A stretch of 25,458 nt of DNA. It comes from Polyangiales bacterium (GTDB lineage: Bacteria; Myxococcota_A; Polyangia; Polyangiales; Ga0077539). Made by a program: the position numbers and the translations under genes. A model generated the notes under the pieces. It saw only the letters and a program-made list of their open reading frames with translations. It was not told the origin of the DNA and did no database searches. Shown piece by piece: positions 15,476 to 24,964 of this stretch. Position 1 is the stretch's first letter. Each line of letters opens with the position of its first letter. The stretch is from the NCBI GenBank assembly GCA_044229975.1, contig JBGARZ010000034.1:1-25458 (forward strand), written 5' to 3'.

Positions 15476-16618
15476 TCAGTCAGCGCATGCAGCTTGGAAG
15501 AGGCGCGTGGCAGCATGTGGCCACGAAAATCGACCCACCCATGACCGTCCACGTTCCCCGAGCTCTCGGCGATGCTCCGGTGCGGCCATCAGCGAGGCTA
15601 TCGCATCGGCGACAACGGTTTCCGACGAAGCATCGACCAAGAGCCCCGTCTCCCCATGAACAATCGTGTCGACTACTCCCCCGGAACGTCCACCAATGAC
15701 AGCTTTGCCCGACGCAGACGCCTCCAAAAACACCATACCGAAGCCCTCACGGTCGTCGTCGGACAGTGTGCGGTTCGCCATAATGAACAGGTCAGCAAGT
15801 GCGTAGTAACGTGGCAACTCGTGACGTCCTACCGGTCCCACAAAGTGGACGACATTTTCCAGGCCAAGGGAGACGGTCAATCCCTTGAGTTCGGCCTCTA
15901 GCTCACCACCCGATAGAATCAGATAAAGTATAGATGGATCCCGCAGACGGGCGAGCGCCCTCAAGACTGTCTCGTGTCCCTTACGCCGCGCGAGACGACC
16001 GATAGTCAGAAGCACTTTCTTGCCACGTGTTCCCCACCGATCCATAAGATCAGTGATGTCATAATCGCGTTGGAACACCGCAGCGTCGACACCTGGGTGA
16101 ACAATGTGGGTTCTCGCTGCTGGCGCACCTGAAGAAAGAGCTATCTCGTGAGTCGATGTGGAATTGCAAATGACTGCGCGCGCCTCACGGAAGACAACTG
16201 GCATGAGGCGACGCTTGATAGAGTAGTGACGGTAGATAGCCACTTCCTCGCCATGCACCCAGACGACGTAGGGAATCCCAAGCGCCTTACTTACCGCCAG
16301 ACCCACCAATCCCTCGGGAATCACCCGGGCGCAATGGAGGACGTCGGCATTAATGCGCCGACATTCATGAAGTGTCTGCCGCATCATGTCAGCGTACATC
16401 AAAGATGACTCCGGCCGAAGAAACTCATGTCGCTTCGTATAGAACCGACGCACCGGGACAGTGTAGGCAGCATCAAACACGGCATCGCCATCTCGATGTC
16501 CTGCAACGATCGATACGGTTTCTCCTGACGGACGATATGATCGATACAATTCATCGAAAAGCTGCACAGAGCCACCGATTTCCGGATACCACACTTCCGA
16601 GAGCAGGACATGACGCAT
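15476..16618 (-). CDS. Glycosyltransferase family 4 (GT-B, PimB/RfaG-like)
   Basis: YPEIGG N-terminus, VVWVHGEE, LLTIGRLARRKG, EGFGMVFLEASASGKAVIGGRSGG, ETGLLVD. Confidence 0.93.
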   Translation of the reverse strand: MRHVLLSEVWYPEIGGSVQLFDELYRSYRPSGETVSIVAGHRDGDAVFDAAYTVPVRRFYTKRHEFLRPESSLMYADMMRQTLHECRRINADVLHCARVIPEGLVGLAVSKALGIPYVVWVHGEEVAIYRHYSIKRRLMPVVFREARAVICNSTSTHEIALSSGAPAARTHIVHPGVDAAVFQRDYDITDLMDRWGTRGKKVLLTIGRLARRKGHETVLRALARLRDPSILYLILSGGELEAELKGLTVSLGLENVVHFVGPVGRHELPRYYALADLFIMANRTLSDDDREGFGMVFLEASASGKAVIGGRSGGVVDTIVHGETGLLVDASSETVVADAIASLMAAPEHRRELGERGRSWVGRFSWPHAATRLFQAACAD

Positions 16619-16784
16619 TGATGATCCGTTTTTTAAAGGCCGCGTGTGCGTTCGACCAGCGGTGCAAGGCACGGCGCCACCGGCAGGCGTTGATAGCTTC
16701 ATCGCGTGGCAATGTCAACATCGCCTATTCTGCCTACAGGGGATTGGCGAGTGACGGCATAGACCAAATCTGTGATCACCGGAC

Positions 16785-18338
16785 GTAAGCGTTCAGGCCC
16801 CAACTCCATTGGACAAGAGTTCGGGCGGGATGAGCGACGGCGCCACCACGCCGCGCAGCTTCGCGGAGATGGCGTCGCACAGGAAGGCGAAGACGCTCCG
16901 GGCATGCTGACGGCAGGTCGCCACGACGGTGAGGATGCGACCCGCGAAGACGCGCCCGGCCTCGCTGTCGCTCCCGTAGCTCGTCTTGCGCCAGATCACG
17001 CCGTGACGGATCTGCTGCTCGGCGAAGTTGTTGGTCGGCGGCACGCCCTCGTGATCGACGAAGGTCCACATCCGCTCGAACGTCTCCAGCAACTCGCCGC
17101 ACGTCCCGCGGGTCTTGGGCGACGCGGTCTCGGCGCCCTCTTCGAGCAGGCGACGGAACGTTCGCTTCAGCCGCTCCACCGAGCGCCTCAGCCAGTCCCG
17201 ATCGCGGCGGCCCTGTTTCACCCAATGCCACCACGTGAAGAGCCGGTCGGTCTCTTTCGCCAGGCGCTCCCCCAGCGCCGCGTCCACGCCCCCGCGCAGG
17301 ATGAACTTGGCCCAGTCGCGATCCAGGTGCGCCCAGCAGTACTGGATCCACTTCACCCCCAGCACGTCGTACGCGCTCCAGCGGTCCACCACCAGGACGC
17401 CCCGGAAGTCGATCAGCAGCTTCTTGGCCGACTCGCCCCCGCGGTCGGGGTGCACCTCGAAGAAGGTCCCCACCACCGTCGCCATCACCCACAACCAGCT
17501 CTTGCGGCGACCCCGCCACCAGCTCGTCTCGTCGGCGTGGGCCACCGGTTGCTGTCGCGCCGCCGTCTTGGCCGCCTCGACCGGCGCCTCCACGGCCTCG
17601 GAGACCCGCCGCAGCATCCGCACGATGGTGCCGACCGACATCGTGATGCCCAGCACGGTCAGGAAGAACGTCACGACGTCGCGGTGGCTCTGCTTGAACT
17701 GCCCCACCAACGCGCCCATCAGCGCTTGCGCCCGCGGGCCCAGCATGGTCGTCGGGACGCCCGCCGGCAGGGCACCCCGGGTGCGCGCCGCGCAGCACGG
17801 GCAGGTCAGCTCGTGCATCTGGTACTCGGTGACGTGGGTGAGCTTCTGGGGGAGCTCGATCACCTGATGGCGCGTCGGCGTCGGATCCTCCCCCCGCAGG
17901 CGCTCGCCGCACGCGGCGCACGCTTCGGGCTTGCACGCCACAACGTCGTCGACCTGCTCGATCGGCAGCATCTCGCGCCGGTGCCCCTTGTGTCCGCGTT
18001 GCCCGCCCTTGGGGCGCCCGCCGCTGGGCGGCCGGGCGGGAGGGCCGTCGCCGGGGCCGTCGCTGCTGGGCGGTTTGGACGAGTTGCGCGAGGTGGTGCC
18101 CAGCCGCTCTTCGAGTTGCGCCACGCGCGCTTCGAGCAACTGCCGGTGCTCGTTGAGGTCGGCGACGTGCGCGAGCGCGATGTCCAGCAGCGACTCCAAT
18201 GCGGTGTAGCGGGCGTGAACCGACGGCGGCGTGACCGCCAGATCGGCCTCGCTCACCGGCGGCAGTCGGTCGCGCCACGACGTCACACGGCGATCGCTAG
18301 ACGAACCCGGAGCTCCCCGCAACCCCCTGAACGGTTAC
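16785..18338 (-). mobile_element. IS66-family element, single-ORF (ISBst12-subgroup-like), 1554 bp
   Basis: TIRs GTAAGCGTTCAGG / CCTGAACGGTTAC; 8-bp target duplication CACCGGAC at 16777-16784 and 18339-18346. Confidence 0.95.
16793..18286 (-). CDS. tnpC: IS66 family transposase (TnpC)
   Basis: TSRNSSKPPSSD, GGQRGHKGH, CAACG and CPCC zinc ribbon, HADET, VVDRWSAY, QYCWAHLDR, PPTNNFAEQQIR; start GTG 18286 inferred. Confidence 0.95.
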   Translation of the reverse strand: MTSWRDRLPPVSEADLAVTPPSVHARYTALESLLDIALAHVADLNEHRQLLEARVAQLEERLGTTSRNSSKPPSSDGPGDGPPARPPSGGRPKGGQRGHKGHRREMLPIEQVDDVVACKPEACAACGERLRGEDPTPTRHQVIELPQKLTHVTEYQMHELTCPCCAARTRGALPAGVPTTMLGPRAQALMGALVGQFKQSHRDVVTFFLTVLGITMSVGTIVRMLRRVSEAVEAPVEAAKTAARQQPVAHADETSWWRGRRKSWLWVMATVVGTFFEVHPDRGGESAKKLLIDFRGVLVVDRWSAYDVLGVKWIQYCWAHLDRDWAKFILRGGVDAALGERLAKETDRLFTWWHWVKQGRRDRDWLRRSVERLKRTFRRLLEEGAETASPKTRGTCGELLETFERMWTFVDHEGVPPTNNFAEQQIRHGVIWRKTSYGSDSEAGRVFAGRILTVVATCRQHARSVFAFLCDAISAKLRGVVAPSLIPPELLSNGVGA

Positions 18339-18522
18339 CACCGGACTTTCAGAGACTTTCAACGCACCACACGCAGCCGTCTCCTGTCTGGGGTTCGTAC
18401 ACGTTTGGGCGACTGGATCCAACGCAACGATCTATTTCCCGGACTGGCACCAACTCCGGGTGCGGTTGCTTGAACTAGGCATGTTCCATTGCGTCCTCAT
18501 CAAGACGAGAAGTCACTGAGGT

Positions 18523-18901
18523 ATGGCCTACCGCGTGGGCGACATGATGCGCCTGCTGATCAACAGCCTCGTGCTCGTCGAGACGCGCATCGACCTGTCC
18601 CTCGCCACCGCAATCTACCCCGTCGCGGTGCGCGAGCGGAATTATATGGGCGGCCGGAGGTTGTACCTGTGGGCCAGTAGGAGTGGACGGCGCACGGGTT
18701 CCTGACCAACGCGCTCGTCTGGGAGAAGGATGACATCGCGTGGGAGTACGCGCTTCGCGAGGGCGTCGAGTCGCTGATCGGTGAGTTCAAGTGCGACTAC
18801 AGGATGGGGCAGGTGTCGACGCAGGACTTCTAAGCGAACGAGGTGATGGTCTGTTCAAACTGCTCACCTACAACCTCGTGCAGCGCTTGGGGCTGCGCTG
18901 A
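18523..18901 (+). pseudogene. IS1380-like transposase C-terminal relic
   Basis: FLTNALVWEKDDIAWEYALREGVESLIGEFKCDYRMGQVSTQDF*ANE, then a frameshift into KLLTYNL; matches the Y..R...E..I.E.K...F.AN...LAYNL pattern, with in-frame stops. Confidence 0.7.
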
Positions 18902-18921
18902 CGGGGCTCCGCCAAGTCTTC

Positions 18922-19659
18922 TCATCTGTCATTGCCGCGATACGTCTGCTCTCCGGCCACGACTATCTGGCGGATGCCGTCGGGTCGAATGTCAAGTTCG
19001 TCGACTGCTCGAAAGCCCAAAGTCATGCTGATACGCGATCCGCCAGACGTGTTTGTGCCCACGCCATGGAATAGCAGACCATTGAACAGCAACACGTCGC
19101 CTTCCTGCAACGGCACGGAGATCGCCTGGTCTTCCATGCCTTCATATTCGTGATGCTCAGCCATCCACGTGCCGCCGCCGGTCGGCTGTGGAACTCCCAC
19201 GTACGGCATGTCTTGAGAGCCGGGGATGATTCGCGTCGCGCCGTTGTCGATGGTAGATGACTGCAAGTAGATCGCGGCCGTTACCAAGCCACGAGTGGGT
19301 TGCAAGATGTCTCGGTGCAGTCCCTCCGCAGGCTTGCCCTGCATACTGTTGATGGTGGCATGGTTGTGCCGGTTGGTGACAAACACGACGTTCGGCCCCA
19401 ACAATGACTGCAGCGCTCCGACGAGCACCGGATGAGTGATCACCCGACGCATAACTTCTGGATTGCGACCATAGAGGCCATACAACTTCATGGTTGGACC
19501 ACCGGTTTGGGTAGTCCGGGCGAAATCACGCGCCGACTCGGCGACGACAAAATCGCGCATGGCCGTAGTTTCGATCAGTGTGAACACCCTTGGCAGAATA
19601 AAATAGCCCTGGGACCTAAAATGCCGAGATTGCTCGTGGCTCAAAGTACCAGTGTTCAT
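18922..19659 (-). CDS. Phytanoyl-CoA dioxygenase (PhyH) family Fe(II)/2OG oxygenase
   Basis: GGAGG RBS before ATG 19659; FRSQGYFILPRVF, iron ligands HRD and LFHG, NGATRIIPGS, 2OG-binding R in GGSRIS. Confidence 0.9.
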   Translation of the reverse strand: MNTGTLSHEQSRHFRSQGYFILPRVFTLIETTAMRDFVVAESARDFARTTQTGGPTMKLYGLYGRNPEVMRRVITHPVLVGALQSLLGPNVVFVTNRHNHATINSMQGKPAEGLHRDILQPTRGLVTAAIYLQSSTIDNGATRIIPGSQDMPYVGVPQPTGGGTWMAEHHEYEGMEDQAISVPLQEGDVLLFNGLLFHGVGTNTSGGSRISMTLGFRAVDELDIRPDGIRQIVVAGEQTYRGNDR

Positions 19660-19675
19660 TTGGGTTGCCTCCGGG

Positions 19676-20497
19676 TTATTGTGGTCGGCGAATGATGTGT
19701 TGCTCGACATCTGGATCGGACTGCACGCGGTTCCAGGAATCGACGGTTCCGATGTCAAGGAAGAATCGACCGCCGTTGTCGTATGCGAATGCTGATCCGC
19801 CTTCGACTATGTCCGATACTACCTCGCCATAGATGGACAACGGGCCATCGCTCGGTTGCCAAGGAAGTTTGTCAAGTACGTCACGCTTGACAATGAGCGC
19901 TCCGGTGCTGCTTGCCCGATAGGCGACGTCGGCGAGGTTGAACTCTGCAGGAAGTTGTCCGGTAGTCTCAGAGCAGTGCAGTACCTTGCTGGACTTGCCA
20001 ACGTGATAGGCGCCTTGGTTTGGAACGCCTTGGTTCCTCGTCAGCGCGATGGACATATCGCCGCCATGGTCGCAGTGAAAGGCTAAAAATTTTGATTCGT
20101 CGAGGTCTAGTATGGTGTCTACGTTGGCAATTAGAACATGCTCAGAGAAGAGATGCGGATTGTCACGAAGAGAGCGCAGCAGATCACCTGCGGTGCCGAG
20201 TTGTTGGGAGTATTGCAAGGGGTGTACGTTGTCGTGTCTGACAGGCAATCGTCCGACATGCAACGCGACGTTGTCATGATCGCCCACGCCGACAACGATA
20301 GTGGGCAAACAAGCCCGGTGAAGCTTGTTAATTTGGTGCTCGATTAGCGATATCGGTGGCTGACCAATCGGCAGCAACGCCTTGGAGATTCCACGCTTCT
20401 CTTCCAGGGGAAATACTGAACGGAGCCGTGTGCCACGGCCTCCCGCGTTGATGTAGGCAGTCAAACCATTCAAGGTGTGATTTCGCTGGGAACTCAT
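19676..20497 (-). CDS. Sugar-phosphate nucleotidyltransferase (NTP_transferase family)
   Basis: INAGGRGTRL, SKALLPIG, LGTAGDL, ANVDT, FLDIGT. Confidence 0.9.
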   Translation of the reverse strand: MSSQRNHTLNGLTAYINAGGRGTRLRSVFPLEEKRGISKALLPIGQPPISLIEHQINKLHRACLPTIVVGVGDHDNVALHVGRLPVRHDNVHPLQYSQQLGTAGDLLRSLRDNPHLFSEHVLIANVDTILDLDESKFLAFHCDHGGDMSIALTRNQGVPNQGAYHVGKSSKVLHCSETTGQLPAEFNLADVAYRASSTGALIVKRDVLDKLPWQPSDGPLSIYGEVVSDIVEGGSAFAYDNGGRFFLDIGTVDSWNRVQSDPDVEQHIIRRPQ

Positions 20498-21190
20498 GGA
20501 CGTGCCTGATTGCTAGAAACGTTGGGCCTATCGCTATTGAGGGCAGACGCTCCGCCCAACGGCATGGCAGTGGATGGGCCAGGGTTTTCGGGCAGAAACT
20601 CATGGAGTTGCGACACTTGCATATTGTAAAATGGGGCGATATGCCGGATGCAGACGAACCGTAAGTAGGGTCTATCTGGGCCATTTCGGGGAGCGACGGA
20701 GAGCCTCGATGTCCAGCACACATCTACCGCCATTTTTAGCTCTCACTGAAGGCGCCCCGAACGCAGCATCGCGAGGAGCGCGCCGACGTTCGTGGGGTCG
20801 CCCCAACGACCGCCCCGTGCGCAACCCGATGCAACCAGTGGCTGTGCGTTCAGGCGGGGTTGCTTATCAGCCGTTGCGGCCGGGTTGTAGGTCCGAAGGC
20901 AATGAGGGACACTGCAACGGCCGTGCCCTACGATCGTTCGAGGAGTCTTCGCCGACGGAGCGTGTGGTTCCCCACCGAATCACTACGGCGCGACCTGATC
21001 GGTCATAGGCAGTTTGTGGCTGGATCAACCGCGTCGAGAGGTTGATCAAGCTGAGGAGCGTCCCGGCCGCAAGGTGTATGCGGGTCCTCCGGTGTGGCGT
21101 CCGGAACGACGTCACAGCGGCGTGGATCTTCAACGCGTGATGGGGTCGGTCGATTTCGCCGAGACGGGGGCGGGGGATCGCTGAAATGGC

Positions 21191-21231
21191 GCGCGTCGCC
21201 GGAGGAGCCTGGTGGTCCTCCGGCGGCGCGC
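21191..21231. repeat. GC-rich stem-loop (16-bp stem, 9-nt loop)
   Basis: GCGCGTCGCCGGAGGA-gcctggtgg-TCCTCCGGCGGCGCGC, with one U:G pair. Confidence 0.65.
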
Positions 21232-21533
21232 AGGTACGATGCGGACGAGCTCGGCTCGGTCACACACGCTCGCGACCGCCGCTGAAGGCCGCGCCCTGAC
21301 CGCCGTGATCACGACCGTGCGCCGACCTCACGATGGGCCGGGGCGAGGAGGTACCTTCGCGCTGACGGGCGGTGAGATATTCTGACTGTGGGACGTGGAG
21401 CGGGGTGATGCGACCGTCGTCCGGAGGTGGAACCGCAGCGAGTCCGGCACCGGCAGCGACGGGTGCTCCTCGACCACGGCGACGAGCTCCTCCAGGTGCG
21501 CTTCCCGGATGCCAGTGAGCCAGGGGTCGATCT

Positions 21534-22391
21534 TTAGTTCGTCGACTGCGGCGGAGTGCCGTTGGGTCGTCCCTGACCGACCCGCTCGCTGACGTCGTCC
21601 GTCACCTTGCGAAGCTCGCCCTCCAGCATGCCCTCGGCGTAGGTGCGACGGCCGAAGCGAACAACGCGGGGCGTGGTGCTCCGGTCGATCTTCGCGCCGC
21701 AGGCGATCAGCAACTCGTCGGAGGGCCAACCATCCGTTCGATTGGGTGCCGTGGCCGGGACGGTGGCGACGAACTCGGCCCATGCGTCTCCCGGTGCGTA
21801 GCCCTCCTGCGCCTCGTGGAACTGGCACGCCTCGACGGGCGACGCCGCGACGATGAACCAGTCCTCGTCGTGGTCGTCGGTCTGCACCCAGTACAGGTGA
21901 AGGCGCTCGGTACCTGGCGGCACCTTTCGTCGAGCCGCTGGAAGCTGACCATCGACGTGAAGATCTTCGCGCAGTGCCGTGCGGAGCTGCTTCGGGTCGA
22001 TCGAGACGTCGACGTAGTTGGAGGCGTCGTCGGCGTGGCGGTACGCGGCGGTGAGCACCGAGCCTGCGTTCGGGCAGAGCGCGTTCAACATCGCGTTCGC
22101 CGACCGGATCTGGATGGGGTCGTTGGCGCGGATGTACCCCGTGAGCGGGACGTGCTCGACGAGGTTGGGCAGCGCTGCTTCGACGTCGACATCCCGCAGC
22201 TTCCCGTTCGGCCCGTAGATGAGCTCCATAGGCATCTTCAGGTGGACGACCAAGGGCTCGTCGCAGCGGGACCACGACAGGGTGTCGTCGATCTCGCCGG
22301 TCTCGTACAGGATCTCCCGCAGGTGATCTTCGTCGCGCGCCTGGACGAGGAGCATGTGAAGCTCGGCCTGTCGCACGAGGAAGGTGACCAT
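21534..22391 (-). CDS. Hypothetical protein (285 aa), apparently two-domain
   Basis: Strong GC3 bias; C-terminal block LYWVQTDDHDEDWFIVAAS...FHEAQEGY...GWPS...PRVV...EGML looks like a conserved domain; function unknown. Confidence 0.7.
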   Translation of the reverse strand: MVTFLVRQAELHMLLVQARDEDHLREILYETGEIDDTLSWSRCDEPLVVHLKMPMELIYGPNGKLRDVDVEAALPNLVEHVPLTGYIRANDPIQIRSANAMLNALCPNAGSVLTAAYRHADDASNYVDVSIDPKQLRTALREDLHVDGQLPAARRKVPPGTERLHLYWVQTDDHDEDWFIVAASPVEACQFHEAQEGYAPGDAWAEFVATVPATAPNRTDGWPSDELLIACGAKIDRSTTPRVVRFGRRTYAEGMLEGELRKVTDDVSERVGQGRPNGTPPQSTN

Positions 22392-22582
22392 GGCCCGAGC
22401 TTGAATGGCACCGTCCTCCCGCCGCAAGAACCCCCCAGCTCGCGGAGAATCGGGGAGTGCGACCGGACCCGTTCATGGCCTTGCTGGCTGACCACTTTCC
22501 TCGGCCATCCCTGCGTGCCAATAACCCGTGAGACACCCCAGCCGGGGAGTTTACTGAACCAGGGCGGTCAGGAGACGGTCTC

Positions 22583-22993
22583 ATGGACATGGTCACGAAG
22601 AAGCCCGACGTCGCTCCGACCGAGGTCACGCCCAAGGCGAAGCGCCGCACGTACAGCCCCGCGTTCAAGCGGAAGATTCTCGCCGAAGCCGACGCGGCCG
22701 CCGCCGAGCCGGGTCAGCTCGCCGCGCTCTTGCGGCGACACGGCCTGTACTCCTCGCACCTGACCGAGTGGCGGCGCGCCCGCGACGCCGGTGCGTTGGC
22801 CGAGGCCGCGCCCGTGCGACGAGGACCGGTGCCGGCCCCGGTCGCTCAGGACGCTGCACGAGTGCGCGAACTGGAGCAGCAGCTCACCCAGATGACCCTG
22901 CGGGCCGAGCGCGCCGAGATGCTCGTGACCCTGCAAAAAAAACTTGTGGGGCTGTTCTCGACCGACCCGACGCCGGGCGGAGAGACGCGGTGA
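22583..22993 (+). CDS. IS3-family OrfA (HTH + leucine zipper)
   Basis: KRRTYSPAFKRKILAEAD...LLRRHGLYSSHLTEWRR...LQKK; A8 run at 22935-22942 is a -1 slippery site into the orfB frame. Confidence 0.92.
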   Translation: MDMVTKKPDVAPTEVTPKAKRRTYSPAFKRKILAEADAAAAEPGQLAALLRRHGLYSSHLTEWRRARDAGALAEAAPVRRGPVPAPVAQDAARVRELEQQLTQMTLRAERAEMLVTLQKKLVGLFSTDPTPGGETR

Positions 22994-24081
22994 TGGACCT
23001 CGCGCTGCCCTTCGTGGCGCTCCTCGGTGTGGCCGCCGTCTGCCGGGCCATCGGCCTGTCGCGGGCCACCTGGTACCGGCTGCGAACGCCCGTCGAGGAG
23101 CCCTCGCCGCCGCCCGAGACGCCTTCCCGGCGCTCGCCGAGGCGGCTGTCGGAGGACGAGGAGCAGCGCGTGTTGGACGTGCTGCACGAGTCCCGCTTCG
23201 CCGACCAGGCGCCCGCCGAGGTGTACGCGGCGCTGCTCGACGAGGGCCGCTACCTGGGCTCCATCCGCACGTTCTACCGGGTGCTCCATCGGCACGAGGA
23301 GGTGCGCGAGCGGCGGGCGCTGACGATGCGCCCGAACTATCAGCGGCCCGAGCTGCTGGCCACGCGACCCAACCAGCTGTGGTCGTGGGACATCACCAAG
23401 CTGCGGGGGCCGGGCAAGTGGACCTACTACTACCTGTACGTGATCCTCGACGTGTTCAGCCGCTACGTCGTGGGCTGGATGGTCGCGCTGCGGGAGTCGG
23501 CGGCGCTGGCCGAGGAGTTCATCGCGGAGACCTGTCGTCGCCAGGGCATCGCGCCCGGTCAGCTGACGCTGCACGCCGATCGCGGCTCGTCGATGACGTC
23601 GCGCACGGTGGCGCAGAAGCTCTCGGATCTGGGCGTGGAGAAGACGCACTCGCGGCCCCACGTCTCGGACGACAACCCGTACTCGGAGGCGCAGTTCAAG
23701 ACCTTGAAGTACCGCCCCGACTTCCCCGATCGGTTCGGCTCGCTGGAGGACGCGCGCGGCTTCTGCGGCCCGTTCTTCGACTGGTACAACCGCGACCATC
23801 ATCACGCCGGCCTCGCGCTGCTGACGCCTGCGGACGTCCATCACGGACTCACGCACGAGCGGATCGCGGCGCGCGACGTCGTGCTCGCGGCGGCCTACGC
23901 CGACCACCCTGAGCGCTTCGTGCGCGGTCGGCCACGAGCGCCCCGAGCACCCACCGCGGCGTGGATCAACCCGCCCAAGACGAGTTCCGCCGGGACGCAG
24001 GACGGGCCGCCGTCCTGCGCGCCCAAGGAACCCGCGGGGTGCGGGGGTGCGACCCCCGCGCAGGAGCAGATGCTTCAGTAA
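22993..24081 (+). CDS. IS3-family OrfB, integrase-core (rve) DDE transposase
   Basis: PNQLWSWDIT, LDVFSRYVVGW, LHADRGS, DNPYSEAQFKTLKY, WYN..HHH; TGATG coupling with the orfA stop. Confidence 0.95.
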   Translation: MDLALPFVALLGVAAVCRAIGLSRATWYRLRTPVEEPSPPPETPSRRSPRRLSEDEEQRVLDVLHESRFADQAPAEVYAALLDEGRYLGSIRTFYRVLHRHEEVRERRALTMRPNYQRPELLATRPNQLWSWDITKLRGPGKWTYYYLYVILDVFSRYVVGWMVALRESAALAEEFIAETCRRQGIAPGQLTLHADRGSSMTSRTVAQKLSDLGVEKTHSRPHVSDDNPYSEAQFKTLKYRPDFPDRFGSLEDARGFCGPFFDWYNRDHHHAGLALLTPADVHHGLTHERIAARDVVLAAAYADHPERFVRGRPRAPRAPTAAWINPPKTSSAGTQDGPPSCAPKEPAGCGGATPAQEQMLQ

Positions 24082-24278
24082 TCTTTCACCCAAACTGTCT
24101 CACGTTCGTTGACACGTTCCGCTGCGCGTTCGATTCTCTCCCCCCGGAACCAGGAGGTTCACAGGGAATCAGAGCGCACACACCCGGTCGCCTTCGACTC
24201 ATCGATTGGGTGCGTCTCCATGCCCGCCCCCCAACGGTCACAGCCATTGAAAACAGCTTCTACCATCTGACTTCGATC

Positions 24279-24845
24279 TCAATACCCGACGAGCAACACT
24301 CCCTCGAAGGGAAGCCGAAGGCGCTGCGAGGCGTAGATCGCGTCGAGTTGATTTCGCGTGTTCTCGTAGGCCTGGGTCGTTGCGGTCTCGTCGCCATTCT
24401 TGAATCGATACGCAATGGGCATGAGCATGGCGAGGTACTTCGCGTCGAGAATTAGCGACGCTCGAACGATATCACGATAGTCCGCGTTGTTCTGCGCACC
24501 GCGCCCTGCCTCCACCTCGACGACGATCCCTTCGATTTCATGGAATGCATCGACCTCGTACCTGACACGCGCTATACCGCCCTCATCAAAAAGCACAGGC
24601 CGGACGATCTTGTCGACTAATGCCTTGCTCTTCTCGACGACGTATCCCTGTGACTCGAGCCCGGGTCGGAGCGCGGCCAACACCTCGTCGCTTTTCGAAC
24701 TGCCGGGCCGGGCCGCCAACTCTGTACTGATGACGTTCTTTGCACTCGCTACAACCGCTACGAATTCGGGCACCCACCTCGCGGCCTTGGTGTTCGAAGG
24801 GTAGTATTTCCAGCGGGGGTACAAGGCTATCTGGAGACCGGGCAT
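24279..24845 (-). CDS. Putative PD-(D/E)XK-superfamily nuclease (restriction-endonuclease-like), 188 aa
   Basis: AAGGA RBS before ATG 24845; YEVDAF...GIVVEVEAGR...NNADYRD gives a D...ExE arrangement; fold assignment is an inference. Confidence 0.55.
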   Translation of the reverse strand: MPGLQIALYPRWKYYPSNTKAARWVPEFVAVVASAKNVISTELAARPGSSKSDEVLAALRPGLESQGYVVEKSKALVDKIVRPVLFDEGGIARVRYEVDAFHEIEGIVVEVEAGRGAQNNADYRDIVRASLILDAKYLAMLMPIAYRFKNGDETATTQAYENTRNQLDAIYASQRLRLPFEGVLLVGY

Positions 24846-24964
24846 CGTTCCGTCCTTTGGCTGATGATGTGTGAGTACTGGTTTGAGCCGTCTCCGGGGT
24901 CGTTGTGCAACCACGCTCATCAGGGAGCGGAGGTCTCACAGACCGTAGCGCCCCGAGCGACACC

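Larger units (their letters stand above)
22516..24121 (+). mobile_element. IS3-family insertion sequence
   Basis: Imperfect IRs TGCCAATAACCCGTGAGACA (22516-22535) / TGTCTCACGTTCGTTGACA (24096-24114); direct repeat CTGCG at 22511-22515 and 24122-24126. Confidence 0.88.

Noticed and set aside
1..18338. Composite transposon bounded by the two IS66 copies
   Set aside because: The right copy has its own matching 8-bp TSD on both sides, so it inserted alone.
16772..18478. 568-aa plus-strand ORF (and the alternative-frame 16776..18278 ORF)
   Set aside because: Shadows of the IS66 transposase; they cross the IS boundaries.
16699..18490. A gene interrupted by the IS66 insertion
   Set aside because: Rejoining the flanks gives only ~56 open codons on the minus strand behind an in-frame TAG, with no recognisable motif.
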